A stretch of DNA of 64,000 nt from Eledone cirrhosa (taxonomy: Eukaryota). The position numbers and the translations under genes were made by a program. This document shows positions 38,215 through 51,880 of this stretch, one piece after another; position 1 is the first letter of the stretch; each line of letters begins with the position of its first letter. The notes under the pieces are model-generated. The model had not been told where the DNA came from and did not search any database. It was given only the letters and a program-made list of their open reading frames with translations. The stretch covers positions 12,462,001-12,526,000 of the forward strand of contig OZ024766.1 of the NCBI GenBank assembly GCA_964016885.1. Direction: 5' to 3'.

Positions 38215-41200
38215 AGATGCCCAAAAGAATGCGATCGCAAATAGAAGTGGCCGAAATGGGATTCCTTCGAAAGATCTTGTTACTTGATAGAGTGCTTAAC
38301 TTAGAGATCAAAGAGTCACTCCAGGTAGAGCCAATACTTCTCTGAATTGAGAGATCACAGCTCTGATACTATGGACATGTGGTTAGAATGTCTCAGGAAA
38401 GAATCTCTGAATTGAGAGATCACAGCTCTGATACTATGGACATGTGGTTAGAATGTCTCAGGAAAGAATCTCTGAATTGAGAGATCACAGCTCTGATACT
38501 TTGGACATGTGGTTAGAATGTCTCAGGAAAGAATCTCTGAATTGAGAGATCACAGCTCTGATACTATGGACATGTGGTTAGAATGTCTTAGGAAAGAATC
38601 TCTGAATTGAGAGATCACAGCTCCGATACTACAGACATGTGGTTAGAATGTCTCAGGAAAGAATCTCTGAATTGAGAGATCACAGCTCCGATACTACAGA
38701 CATGTGGTTAGAATGTCTCAGGAAAGAATCTCTGAATTGAGAGATCACAGCTCTGATACTACAGACATGTGGTTAGAATGTCTCAGGAAAGAATCTCTGA
38801 ATTGAGAGATCACAGCTCTGATACTACAGACATGTGGTTAGAATGTCTCAGGAAAGAATCTCTGAATTGAGAGATCACAGCTCCAATACTATGGACATGT
38901 GGTTAGAATATCTCAGGAAAGAATCTCTGAATTGAGAGATCACAGTTGTGATACTTTGGACATGTGGTTAGAATGTCTTAGGAAAGAATCTCTGAATTGA
39001 GAGATCACAGCTCTGATACTATGGATATGTGGTTAGAATGTCTTAGGAAAGAATCTCTGGATTGAGAGATCACAGCTCTGATACTACAGACATGTGGTTA
39101 GAATGTCTCAGGAAAGAATCTCTGAATTGAGAGATCACAGCTCTGATACTACAGACATGTGGTTAGAATGTCTTAGGAAAGAATCTCTGAATTGAGAGAT
39201 CACAGCTCCGATACTACAGACATGTGGTTAGAATGTCTCAGGAAAGAATCTCTGAATTGAGAGATCACAGCTCTGATACTATGGACATGTGGTTAGAATG
39301 TCTTAGGAAAGAATCTCTGAATTGAGAGATCACAGCTCTGATACTACAGACATGTGGTTAGAATGTCTCAGGAAAGAATCTCTGAATTGAGAGATCACAG
39401 CTCCGATACTACAGACATGTGGTTAGAATGTCTCAGGAAAGAATCTCTGAATTGAGAGATCACAGCTCCAATACTATGGACATGTGGTTAGAATATCTCA
39501 GGAAAGAATCTCTGAATTGAGAGATCACAGTTCTGATACTTTGGACATGTGGTTAGAATGTCTTAGGAAAGAATCTCTGAATTGAGAGATCACAGCTCTG
39601 ATACTATGGATATGTGGTTAGAATGTCTTAGGAAAGAATCTCTGGATTGAGAGATCACAGCTCTGATACTACAGACATGTGGTTAGAATGTCTCAGGAAA
39701 GAATCTCTGAATTAAGAGATCACAGCTCTGATACTACAGACATGTGGTTAGAATGTCTCAGGAAAGAATCTCTGAATTAAGAGATCACAGCTCCGATACT
39801 ATGGACATGTGGTTAGAATCTCTCAGGAAAGAATCTCTGAATTAAGAGATCACAGCTCTGATACTACAGACATGTGGTTAGAATGTCTCAGGAAAGAATC
39901 TCTGAATTGAGAGATCACAGCTCTGATACTATGGACATGTGGTTAGAATGTCTCAGGAAAGAATCTCTGAATTGAGAGATTACAGCTCTGATACTACAGA
40001 CATGTGGTTAGAATGTCTCAGGAAAGAATCTCTGAATTGAGAAATCACAGCTCCGATACTATGGACATGTGGTTAGAATATCTCAGGAAAGAATCTCTGA
40101 ATTGAGAAATCACAGCTCTGATACTATGACATGTGGTTAGAATGTCTCAGGAAAGAATCTCTGGATTGAGAAATCACAGCTCTGATACTATGGACATGTG
40201 GTTAGAATGTCTCAGGAAAGAATCTCTGAATTGAGAGATTACAGCTCTGATACTACAGACATGTGGTTAGAATGTTTCAGGAAAGAATCTCTGAATTGAG
40301 AAATCACAGCTCCGATACTATGGACATGTGGTTAGAATATCTCAGGAAAGAATCTCTGAATTGAGAAATCACAGCTCTGATACTATGACATGTGGTTAGA
40401 ATGTCTCAGGAAAGAATCTCTGGATTGAGAAATCACAGCTCTGATACTATGGACATGTGGTTAGAATGTCTCAGGAAAGAATCTCTGAATTGAGAGATTA
40501 CAGCTCTGATACTACAGACATGTGGTTAGAATGTCTCAGGAAAGAATCTCTGAATTGAGAGATCACAGCTCTGATACTATGGACATCTGGTTAGAATGTC
40601 TCAGGAAAGAATCTCTGAATTGAGAAATCACAGTTCCGATACTATGGACATGTGGTTAGAATATCTCAGGAAAGAATCTCTGAATTGAGAAATCACAGCT
40701 CTGATACTATGACATGTGGTTAGAATGTCTCAGGAAAGAATCTCTGGATTGAGAAATCACAGCTCTGATACTATGGACATGTGGTTAGAATGTCTCAGGA
40801 AAGAATCTCTGAATTGAGAGATTACAGCTCTGATACTACAGACATGTGGTTAGAATGTCTCAGGAAAGAATCTCTGAATTGAGAAATCACAGCTCCGATA
40901 CTATGGACATGTGGTTAGAATGTCTCAGGAAAGAATCTCTGGATTGAGAAATCACAGCTCTGATACTATGGACATGTGGTTAGAATGTCTCAGGAAAGAA
41001 TCTCTGAATTGAGAGATTACAGCTCTGATACTACAGACATGTGGTTAGAATGTCTCAGGAAAGAATCTCTGAATTGAGAGATCACAGCTCTGATACTATG
41101 GACATCTGGTTAGAATGTCTCAGGAAAGAATCTCTGGACAGATTTTATGGGTAAAACAAACCTTGGAGATCCAGGGGTAGACCTCGAGCAAGATGGTTGG

Positions 41201-41335
41201 ATAACATCCATGAGCTTGGCTGGTCTAACTTGTGCAGATCAGTTGGAGACGGTTTCTTCTGACAACCTGCTGGAAGGAGTGTTTAAGGACTCTGACCCCA
41301 CAACCCTCTCAGGAATAAGTGGATGAAGAAGAAGA
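38215..41335 (+). mobile_element. RTE LINE 3' fragment split by a 65-bp satellite
   Basis: RSQIEVAEMGFLRKI..EIKESLQVEPILL before the array; RGRPRARWLDNI and a (GAA)n tail after it. Confidence 0.85.
38340..41137. repeat. 65-bp minisatellite, ~43 copies
   Basis: GAATCTCTGAATTGAGAGATCACAGCTCTGATACTATGGACATGTGGTTAGAATGTCTCAGGAAA units. Confidence 0.97.
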
Positions 41336-41565
41336 TATTGGATGTTGTACCTGAAGTAAAAATCTCTCTTCTGTCAATGTCATGTGATATTCTGAAATAA
41401 CAGAGAAACAAAATAAGATATAGAGGAGAGGATATTAAATTGTGAATCAGCAGTGGAAATTTTACAACAGTTCTATATTGATAAACTGTATATATAAACA
41501 TTTCAAATGTATCCCTCCATCTTAATGTCTAAAAGTGTACAAATTATGTGTGTGTGTGTGTGTAT

Positions 41566-42430
41566 ATCAACATCATCATCACCGTTTAATGTCCACCTTC
41601 CAAGCTAGCATGGGCTGAACAGGTTGTCCCATTTGAGGCAAGTTGGGTCAGGGGACCGTATCCTGCTCATATAGAACTGTTCCCGGCTGGATGCCCTTCC
41701 TAACGCCAACCCACATTTACAGTCTGCTCTGGGTGCTTTTTGTTCATGACTCCCCCCAAGACCTCTTTACAGCGTGGACTGCGTGCTTTTTGTTGTGACC
41801 CCTACATGACCACTTTACAGTATGGACTGGGTGCTTTTTGTTGTGACCACTACATGACCACTTTACAGCGTGGACTGGGTGCTTTTTGTTCTTACCCCTA
41901 CATGATCACTTTACAACATGGACTGGCTGCTTTTTGTTGTAACACCTACACAACCACTTTTCAGTGTGTACTGAGTGTTTTTTGTTGTGACACCTACATG
42001 ACCACTTTACAGCGTGGACTGGGTGCTTTTTGTTGTGACACTTACATGACCACTTTACAGTGTAGACTGGGTGCTTTTTGTTGTAACCCCTACATGACCA
42101 CTTTACAGTGTGAACTGGGTGCTTTTTGTTGTGACACCTACATGACCACTTTACAACGTCAACTGGGTGCTTTTTGTAGTGACATCTACAAGACCACTTT
42201 ACAGTGTCGACTGGGTGCTTTTTGTAGTGACATCTACAAGACCACTTTACAGTGTCGACTGGGTGCTTTTTGTCGTGACACTTACATGACCACTTTACAG
42301 TGTGGACTGGGTGTTTTTTGTTGTGACACCTACCTGATCACTTTACAGTGTGGACTGGGTGCTTTTAGTTGTGACACATACACAACCACTTACAGTGTGG
42401 ACTGGGTGCTTTTTCTCGTGACACCAAAAC
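41566..42430 (-). mobile_element. RTE/SINE 3'UTR with older, diverged 49-bp-family array (~14 units of 48-49 bp)
   Basis: (CAT)n, AAGCTAGCATGGG and GGATGCCCTTCCTAACGCC, followed by TTTACAGTGTGGACTGGGTGCTTTTTG repeats. Confidence 0.85.
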
Positions 42431-43167
42431 GACTAATTCTGTTTTGTTTTTTTTTAAATCAAGGCAGACAACCTAGAAAAATTAGCCATTTCCCACCTCA
42501 CACGCTTTTTCCAAACTGACAGCTCCTATTATTGGCACTTAAGAGTACTCGAATATAAGCTGGCCCCTATTTTATGTCTGAGAAATGGTCTTCATGCTAT
42601 GGTATTCTTGGGACACAATAATTGTGACTCAAGCTAGTTCGTATTAGAATCTATTACAAGACCCCACACCGACACATGTCCCTTCACTATTAAAGAAACT
42701 CCCTAAAATACAGATACTCAATCCCTATTTGACTGACTAGCCCTGTCATAGGTCTAGTTAATCGAGACCCACTAAATAATTTTCAACCATATATAGATGA
42801 AGTAAATTAAATTGAAACAGATGTAGACTAGATCAGAAATAGCTGTAATTTACCTGAAATAAGGTACAGCTGAATATAAACTATATATTAAAATACAAGG
42901 AAGTAAACCACATGATTAAATAGACGGAGGTAATTTAAATAATAAAGACACTCATAATAACAATATATTTTATATCACATGTAACAGTAGTATCTAGCTA
43001 TTGTAAAATAAGACAACATTTCAGTGTAGAAGTATTTTCCTGTATATAAAAGTGACGAGGAAGAAATATGTCCAAAGTTGTTAAATATTTTCACTGGTAT
43101 ATAATTACTGTATCGTTGAAAGGTTCACATAATTCTATTATTTACACACATTATTATAGACTTCAAG

Positions 43168-43259
43168 GTTAACTTTGCCTTTCATCCTTACGGGGTCGAT
43201 AAAATAAAGTACCAGTAATGCACTGTTTAATTGCTGGCCTTGTGCCAAATGTAGATACA
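43168..43259 (+). mobile_element. 5'-truncated SINE (family B) with 18-bp TSD
   Basis: ATTATTATAGACTTCAAG duplicated at 43150 and 43260; empty site in the paralogous block at ~56880. Confidence 0.9.
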
Positions 43260-43290
43260 ATTATTATAGACTTCAAGTAAATCTTTCTCA

Positions 43291-43525
43291 ACTTACCCTC
43301 TTCACATGTAATCAATGTGTTGTCTTCTTATATTTTATTAAACAACCAAAGAAATAATCTCCTTCTTGTTGTTGAATAAGAATTTTCAAAGATTTTATCA
43401 TCTTTTCTTTGTCCGCCATTAACGTTGGTGTATCTTCTTATTCTTTAGCCACAGATTCGTATCTTGTCACAATGAACATATTGAGCTAGCTTTTATTCGT
43501 TTTACATCACTGTTTGTCTACGTGA
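43291..43525 (-). promoter_or_regulatory. Predicted non-coding first exon/promoter of the 567-aa ZNF
   Basis: G|GTAAGT donor at 43297/43296; AATGGCGGAC (YY1-like) at 43411-43420; block conserved at 56911-57140. Confidence 0.55.
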
Positions 43526-43527
43526 AA

Positions 43528-44590
<1,063 letters not shown>

Positions 44591-44709
44591 CGTATGGATT
44601 TACCGAACATTTATTATAATGCTCGGTTTATTTGTTAACAAACATCCTAAATTACGCCGTACAGTGTTTAGCAACCATCGTTGCCCTTTTGTTCAACACT
44701 GACAAGGGA

Positions 44710-44752
44710 ACGATGTACTAGTTTCAAGCTTATTAGCTATCGTCAGCACCGT
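44710..44752 (-). ncRNA. Type I minimal hammerhead ribozyme motif
   Basis: ACGGTG-CTGACGA-TAGCT AATA AGCTT-GAAAC-TA-GTA-CATCGT; 6-bp stem I, palindromic ACTAGT stem III. Confidence 0.75.
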
Positions 44753-45044
44753 ATACCTTCCTGCCAGATGATTGAACGTCTGAAAGTATATACTTTCCTT
44801 ATGCATATTAACGGCTGAGCAGCCTAATTTGCATATCGAGTGAGTTAATCGGCCAGGCGCACCGCTAACATTTATTATAATGCTCGGTTTGTTTGTAAAC
44901 AAACATCCCAAATTAAGCCGTACAGTGTTTAGCGGTGCGCCTGGCCGATTAACTCACTTGATATGCAAATTAGGCTGCTCAGCCGTTAATATGCATAAGG
45001 GAAGTATATACTTTCAGACGTTCAATCATCTGGCAGGAAGGTGT

Positions 45045-45087
45045 ACGGTGCTGATGATAGCTAATAAGCTTGAAACTAGTACAGCGT
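45045..45087 (+). ncRNA. Type I minimal hammerhead ribozyme motif (one stem I mismatch)
   Basis: ACGGTG-CTGATGA-TAGCT AATA AGCTT-GAAAC-TA-GTA-CAGCGT. Confidence 0.65.
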
Positions 45088-45374
45088 TCCTTTGTCAGTG
45101 TTGAACAAAAGGGCAACGATGGTTGCTAAACACTGTACGGCTTAATTTAGGATGTTTGTTTCAAACAAACCAAGCATTATAATAAATGTTCGGTAAATCC
45201 ATACGTACATATATATATATATATATGTGTGCATGTATATATATATATACATACTACTGTACGTCTGTATACATATATGTATGTACGTATACATACTTAT
45301 ATTTAAGTAACAGCCGTACTAACAGTGTTGAAATGAAATTTCGTTTCATTTTTTCCATTTATATATATATATAT

Positions 45375-45472
45375 AATTGTTTCTACATTAGGCACAAGGC
45401 CAGCAATTATCCCAGTGCATTACTGGTACTTTATTTTATCGACCCCGTAAGGATGAAAGGCAAAGTTAACCT
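45375..45472 (-). mobile_element. SINE family B 3' fragment
   Basis: Reverse complement of GGTTAACTTTGCCTTTCATCCTTACGGGGTCGATAAAATAAAGTACCAG. Confidence 0.85.
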
Positions 45473-45474
45473 GA

Positions 45475-47846
45475 AGTGCTGAGAAGTATGGATGGAAGAG
45501 CCATTATGAAAGATTACTGAATGAGGAGAATGCATGGGAGAAAGAGACCCTACCCCCAAGTGGATTCTATAGAGGCGCCAGCAGTACAAGTCAGCAGCAG
45601 CGTAGTAAGTATGGCAATTAAACATATGAAGACTGGGAAGGCAACCGGTCCATCTGGTTCAGCTGCCGAGATACTGAAAGTATTTGGGTCGGTAGGCCAC
45701 ACCATAACCACACGTATTGTTAACCAGGTAATACTAGAGGGTGTCATACCAAAGGATTGGTGCAGCAGCATCCTTTGTCAACTGCTACAAAGGTAAAGGT
45801 GATGCACTAGATAGAGGAAACTATAGAGGTATAAAGCTGATGGACCAGGTCATGAAAGTAACAGAAAGAGTTATAGCACAGTTGATTAGGGACTGGGTAA
45901 AACTAGGTGAGATGCAGTTTGGGTTTGTGCCAGGAAAAAGCACCACTGATGCCCTCTTCCTTGTGAGGAAAAGTACCTAGCTAAAAGTAAGCCGCTCTAC
46001 CTGGTATTTGCCGATCTGGAAAAAGCCTTCGACAGAGTGCCCCATGCTGTAATCTGGTGGGCTCTTAGAAAACTAGGAGTAGATGAATGGCTTGTGAAAG
46101 CTGTACAATCCATGTATAGGGGAGCAGTCAGGAAAGTTAGGGTTAACAATGATTATGGCGAGGAATTTAGCATACAGGTCAGTGTCCACCAGGGCTCTGT
46201 TCTTAGCCCTCTCCTGTTCATTATAGTATTGCAGGCAATAACAGAGTTTAAGACCGGATGCCCATGGGAACTCCTGTATGCAGATGATCTCACACTTATA
46301 GCTGAATCTATAGTGGAACTAGAGAAGAAATTCCAAACATGGAAGCAGGGACTAGAAAGAAAGGGTCTCAAAGTCAACCTAACAAAGACTAAGTTCCTCG
46401 TAAGTAGACGAGAAAACAGAGCCCAGATCCGCTCAGGGAAATGGTCTTGCTCAGTATGTAGGAAAGGTGGAGGTCGGAACTCCATCCTCTGCCCCAAATG
46501 CAAACAATGGGTACACAAGAGATGTAGTGGGATCTCAGGAAGCTTAGCTAAGAATGTAGCAACTGCACCGGGACAGCAAACAAACACCACCAAACTCCGG
46601 GAGGGCTCTGTAGAAACAGTAGACAGCTTTTGCTACCTAGGAGACCGAATTAGCAGTGGAAGTGGGTGTTCAGAAAGTACAATAACTAGGGTAAGAACGG
46701 GATGGAAGAAGTTTAGGGAACTACTGCCACTGCTAGCTGCAAAAGGCTTTTCCCTCAAAATGAAAGGCAGACTGTGTGATGCGTGCATACGAACAGCAAT
46801 GTTACATGGTAGTGAGACCTGGGCGTTGTGTGTAAAGACTTAAGTAGATTAGAAAGAAAAGAAGCCTACATGCTCCGATGGCAAAGCATACGGCAAAGCA
46901 TAATCGAATTGAGAGAGAGACTGAGCAAAAGAGGAATCAAATGCTGTGTGCGGTTGCGTTGGTATGGACATGTGATGCATATGAAGGATGACAGTCGCAT
47001 AAAAGGGTGCAGAGCACTAGAAGTCGATAGAAGCCGTGAAGTGGGGGAGACCCAAGAAGACCTAGGATGAGGTGATAAAAGCCGACCATACCCAATTACA
47101 CCTCTCAAAGGTGATGACACACGACCGTGACCTCTGGCGTCACGCAGTAATACAGAAGACCCGACCCCCCACGGGTACAAGCTGAAGCTGAAGCATATAG
47201 ACAATATGCCCCCACACCCTCCCACTGCAAAGTGGATGTGGAGGTGCCACAGTAAAAAAGTACCCAGCCCACACTGTAAAGTGGACGTGGAGGTGCCACA
47301 GTAAAAAAGTACCCAGCCCACACTGTAAAGTGGACGTGGAGGTGCCACAGTAAAAAAGTACCCAGCACTCACTGTAAAGTGGATGTGGAGGTGCCACAGT
47401 AAAAAAGTACCCAGCCCACACTGTAAAGTGGATGTGGAGGTGCCACAGTAAAAAAGTACCCAGCCCACACTGTAAAGTGGACGTGGAGGTGCCACAGTAA
47501 AAAAGCACCCAGCCCACACTGTAAAGTGGATGTGGAGGTGCCACAGTAAAAAAGTACCCAGCCCACACTGTAAAGTGGTTGTGGAGATGCCACGGCAAAA
47601 AAGCACCCAGCACTCACTGTAAAGTGGTTGTGGAGATGCCACGGCAAAAAAGCACCCAGCACTCACTGTAAATGAGGTTGGTGTCAGGAAGGGCATCCAG
47701 CTGTAGAAATCAAGCCAGAATCAGTTCCTGTATGAGCAAGACATGGTCAGACGACCAGACACTGCCCACCACAGGACAACCCGTCTAACCCATGCTAGCG
47801 TGGAAGAACGGACGTAAAACGGTGATGATGATGATGATGTTGATGA
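45475..47846 (+). mobile_element. RTE LINE, ~2.4 kb 5'-truncated, frameshifted RT, with 9x49-bp VNTR in the 3'UTR (47225-47670)
   Basis: GKATGPSG, NYRGIKL, QFGFVPGKSTTDA, DLEKAFD, HQGSVLSPLLF, LLYADDL motifs; (GAT)n tail. Confidence 0.95.
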
Positions 47847-47871
47847 TACACACACGTACATACATTTTGAC

Positions 47872-48046
47872 AGTATAGGTAGAGGGTTGGACGCCATCCT
47901 TTGCAGCATGGAGTTACAAGCCTTTACGATCTGAGTTGAAATCCCACCGAGGTTAACTTTGCCTTTCATCCTTACAGGGTCGATAAAATAAAGTACCAGT
48001 AATACACTGGGATAATGGCTGGCCTTTTGCCAAAAGTAGAAACAAT

Positions 48047-48048
<2 letters not shown>
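47872..48048 (+). mobile_element. SINE family B, near full length
   Basis: GGTAGAGGGTTGGACGCC head, GAGTTGAAATCCC B box, conserved body; related copy at 60072-60362. Confidence 0.8.
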
Positions 48049-48094
<46 letters not shown>

Positions 48095-48097
<3 letters not shown>

Positions 48098-49618
48098 GGT
48101 TGGACGATATTTGTTCGCAATTTTCAACTGCTAATTTTATGCAAATTTTTTTTACTTGTCTTCATAAAAACACTTGTCTTCATAAAAACAGTGACTATAT
48201 TTCCATTATTTATTTTCAGAATAATTGATTATGAATAATTTTGAACCTCCAAATTTGTGGAAGAGACACGGAGTTCTTCTTGGAATCTGCGCCGGGAGGA
48301 CAAATAAGGAAATTTCAGACTTTCTCAGTGTCAGCAGGAGAATGGGGGAAAGGAATTGGAAGATTCAGGATTCGACTACGAAGCAACATCAGAGAGGAAA
48401 ACACATGATCGACGATCTGACGCCTTCAGAACACCCGAGTTCATCGCTGAAGTTCAGGATATCATCAACAATGAACCTAGCAAGTCGATGCGTGCCATTG
48501 CAAGGGAGAAAGGCGTGGATGAAAAGCTCATTAGGCTGGTGGTACATGAAGACATTCGCTACGTTTCATACAAGATGAGGAAAGGACAATTTCTGTCAAA
48601 GGCGATGCAAGAAAAGCGACTAAAGTATGCAAAGAAGCTGATCAACAAGTTGAAACACCCACTGGAGCCAGACATGCTGTGGTTTTTCTCTGACGAGAAA
48701 AACTTCTGTCAAGACCATAAGATCAACTCCCAGAACAACAGGTGGCTCACTGTCTCATCTAAAGACGTGCCCAGAGTCATGCAGACAAAGTTTCCAGCGA
48801 CAACATTGGTCTTAGGTGTCGTCAGCAGTCAAGGTGATGTCATGCCACCTCACTTCTTCCCTGAGGGCCTCAAGCTGAACACCGATGGCTACATCCGCGT
48901 TCTGAGCGAGGTAGTAAAGCCCTGGGTCAACCAGGAAGCTCCAGGTAGGCTATACGTGTGGCAGCAAGACTCAGCACCATGCCATACCAGCCGAAAGACC
49001 CAAGCCTGGCTGTCAGAGAACTTCGTCAACCACACTTCACCTGACATCTGGCCTCCCAGCTTGCCTGACTGCAACCCCCTTGACTTCTTTGTGGGGCGCA
49101 GTGGAACGAGACACCAACAGATCTAGCTGCAATACGAAAGACAATCTGAAGGCCAGGATCACAAGTGCCTTTAGGGGCCTAAGTCGGGGCACAGTGACGA
49201 AGGCCTGCAGCCGGTTCCGAGACCGCCTTGTGGCCGTCATCAAAGCCAATGGCAGGTTTATCGAGTGAGACCGAAAGAACAAGTCATGAAGACTAGGTTA
49301 ACTTTGCCTTTCATCCTTACGGGGGTCGATAAAATAAAGTACCAGTCACGCACTGGAGTCGATTTAATCGACTTACCCCTCCTCCCAAATCGCTAGCCTT
49401 GTGTCTATATAAGAAACCATAATTATTATGCTCACAATTTAACAGTAATACATCGCTAAACCTGTCGTTGATTTTTTTTTTTTTTTCTTTTTGTCACTAA
49501 ATGTTGCTGGGGAACTGTTAAAACAGAAGTTTGATAAATATATCTTAAAAAAATAAAACTACTGTGTTATTTTTTCCTAGACAGTAATCTTGCGAACAGA
49601 TATCGTCCACACCTTCTG
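48095..49618 (+). mobile_element. Tc1/mariner transposon, DD37D (maT) type, frameshifted transposase (~48230-49268)
   Basis: FSDEKNF, WQQDSAPCH, WPPSLPDCNPLD with 37 aa between the 2nd and 3rd D; imperfect TIRs ..GGACGATATYTGTTCGCAA; TA flanks. Confidence 0.92.
49296..49428 (+). mobile_element. SINE family B fragment nested in the maT element
   Basis: GGTTAACTTTGCCTTTCATCCTTACGGGG body, (ATT)n tail. Confidence 0.8.
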
Positions 49619-49634
49619 TATATATGTACATACA

Positions 49635-49665
<31 letters not shown>

Positions 49666-49666
<1 letters not shown>

Positions 49667-50212
49667 CTAGGTCGGGTAAAATTCCCCGAGATCCATGGAC
49701 GAGTTCTCTCCAGCGGTCTCTGTCCCGCATTATCGCTGCCATGTCCTGCGTCTCCAACAGACCAGTGTCTGTCCTTAGGGCATCAACATACGTTAACCTT
49801 GGTCTTCCTCTTCCAGTGTGTCCATGCAGGGGCTCCCACAGGAGCACTGAGTGTAGTGTCAACTCTGGATGTCGGTGAGCATGTCCAGCTAACCTAGTGT
49901 GTCCTTGTAGGGGCTCCCACAGGAGCACTGAGTGTAGTGTCAACTCTGGATGTCGGTGAGCATGTCCAGCTAACCTAGTGTGTCCTTGTAGGGGCTCCCA
50001 CAGGAGCACTGAGTGTAGTGTCAACTCTGGATGTCGGTGAGCATGTCCAGCTAACCTAGTGTGTCCTTGTAGGGGCTCCCACAGGAGCACTGAGTGTAGT
50101 GTCAACTCTGGATGTCGGTGAGCATGTCCCGCTAACCTCAGTCTCCTCTGTGTCACTTTTGAGCTGAATTTTGGGAGGCTCCCGTACAGCTCTGAGTTTT
50201 TCATCCTCAGTG
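49666..50212 (-). mobile_element. RTE-like LINE 3' fragment with in-frame 81-bp x4 duplication
   Basis: RRLRLAGHAHRHPE..LLWEP.HG..GRGRPRLTYVDALRTDTG. Confidence 0.85.
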
Positions 50213-50254
50213 TATACTGATTAATGTACGTATGTGTATATATATATAATGTAT

Positions 50255-50289
<35 letters not shown>

Positions 50290-50593
50290 ATGTATGTATG
50301 TGTGTGTGTATATATATATATATACATACACATATATATATATCATCAATACAACCCCTAGAGGCGAACTACCTTACAGATTTAGCAGGGCCCTAGACAA
50401 GCTCAAATTAAATATTAAGATAGTTGAAAGACCAGGTATTCCCATAAACCCTTATTAGTAAAACACTCATTTCAAAGATCCCCCTGTGCTGATAGGAAAT
50501 TCATAGTCTGCAAGCTAAGCCCGCAAACTAACTGCAAAACTAGGAATGTAGTATACAGCATAAGATGTACCGAGGGACAGTGAAGGAATAAGA

Positions 50594-50722
50594 ATCATCA
50601 TCATCATTATCATCATCATTTTACATCCGCTTTTCCCTGCTTGCAAGGGTGGGACGGGTTGTCCTGTTGTGGGCAGTGTCCCATCGGCTGACCTTGTCTT
50701 GCACATACAGGAACTGATACCA
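50594..50722 (-). mobile_element. Short RTE/SINE 3' tail fragment
   Basis: (GAT)n tail with CCCACCCTTGCAAGCAGGGAAAAG. Confidence 0.8.
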
Positions 50723-50736
50723 AGTGAAAAAATATA

Positions 50737-51083
50737 TCATCATCATCATCATTTCATTTTACGTCCACTTTTCCCTGCTTGCAAGGGTGGGACGGGAACT
50801 GATTCTGGCTTGATTTCTACAGCTGGATGCCCTTCCTAACACCAACCTCATTTACAGTGTGGGCTGGGTGCTTTTTCTTTTGCCGTGGCACCTCCACAAC
50901 CACTTTGCAGTGGAATGATAGGGACCCCAGTCCCTATCATCTCATTTCTACAGCTGAGTAAACTGGAGCAATGTGAAATAAAGTGTCTTGCTCAAGGAAA
51001 CAACACATCACCCGGTCTGGGAATTGAACTCACAACATTTCGATTGCAAGCCCAATGCTCTAACCACTAAGCCATGTGCCTCC
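50737..51083 (-). mobile_element. Full-length SINE family A
   Basis: Reverse complement match to 20651-20985. Confidence 0.92.
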
Positions 51084-51630
51084 ATAGAATGTAACATACA
51101 AAGGTGAAACAGCCCGTAATATAGGAGAAAGGATAAATGAACACTGGCGAGAACTCCAGGATAAGAAAAACTCATCAGTACTCCAACATGCCAAAATAGA
51201 ACATAGGGGCACATTAGAGATTATACAGATAAAAATTATATCCACATACAAAAAAGACCCAATGCTCCAACAAATTACAGAAGCGACAAATATAAACGAA
51301 CTCCAACAGAAAACATGAGTGGAATAGCAACATCACAACTGGTAATTAAGGACAAAATAAAGACATACAGACACACACAAAAAGCAAACTAAGAAAGCAA
51401 ATCAGACACACATATAGAACAAACAACCAACTAGTGACAAGTAAATAAACCCATGCACATACATATATACATTTACAGTGTGGAGTAGGAGCCTTTTATA
51501 GTGTCTCCTACACAACCACTTTAGTTTGGACTGGATGTTCTGTGGTACCAACATAACTTACAGAGAAAGGGTAGTGTTGGTGGGAGTGGGAGGATGGAGT
51601 AGGGGTAACGGGGCTGGGGTGTATATTTTG

Positions 51631-51662
<32 letters not shown>

Positions 51663-51880
51663 AGGATAACATTAAGAAAGATGTTACATAAATAATTTAT
51701 TCATTATAATTGTTTCAATGGTTCCCTTATGCAATCCATGATGTAATGTATGCATTTGTTGTTGGTATGGGAACGGTAAGTTCAGATTACAAAAACGATT
51801 ATATGATATGCCGCAGCAAAAAAAACGTCCTTCTTGTGCACCAGGCAGGCATATATATATATACACATATGTATATATAT

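Larger units (their letters stand above)
50350..51330 (+). mobile_element. Penelope-like element remnant: Cys-rich linker plus GIY-YIG endonuclease, split by SINE insertions
   Basis: Own translation: TPRGEL..IKIVERPG..C..VC..NCKTRNVVYSIRC | YKGETARNIGERINEH..SVLQH..EH.G..DPMLQQITEA..KHEWN. Confidence 0.8.

Noticed and set aside
43315-43419. Conserved coding upstream ORF MADKEKMIKSL..
   Set aside because: The paralogue at ~57039 has an early stop; no support for coding function
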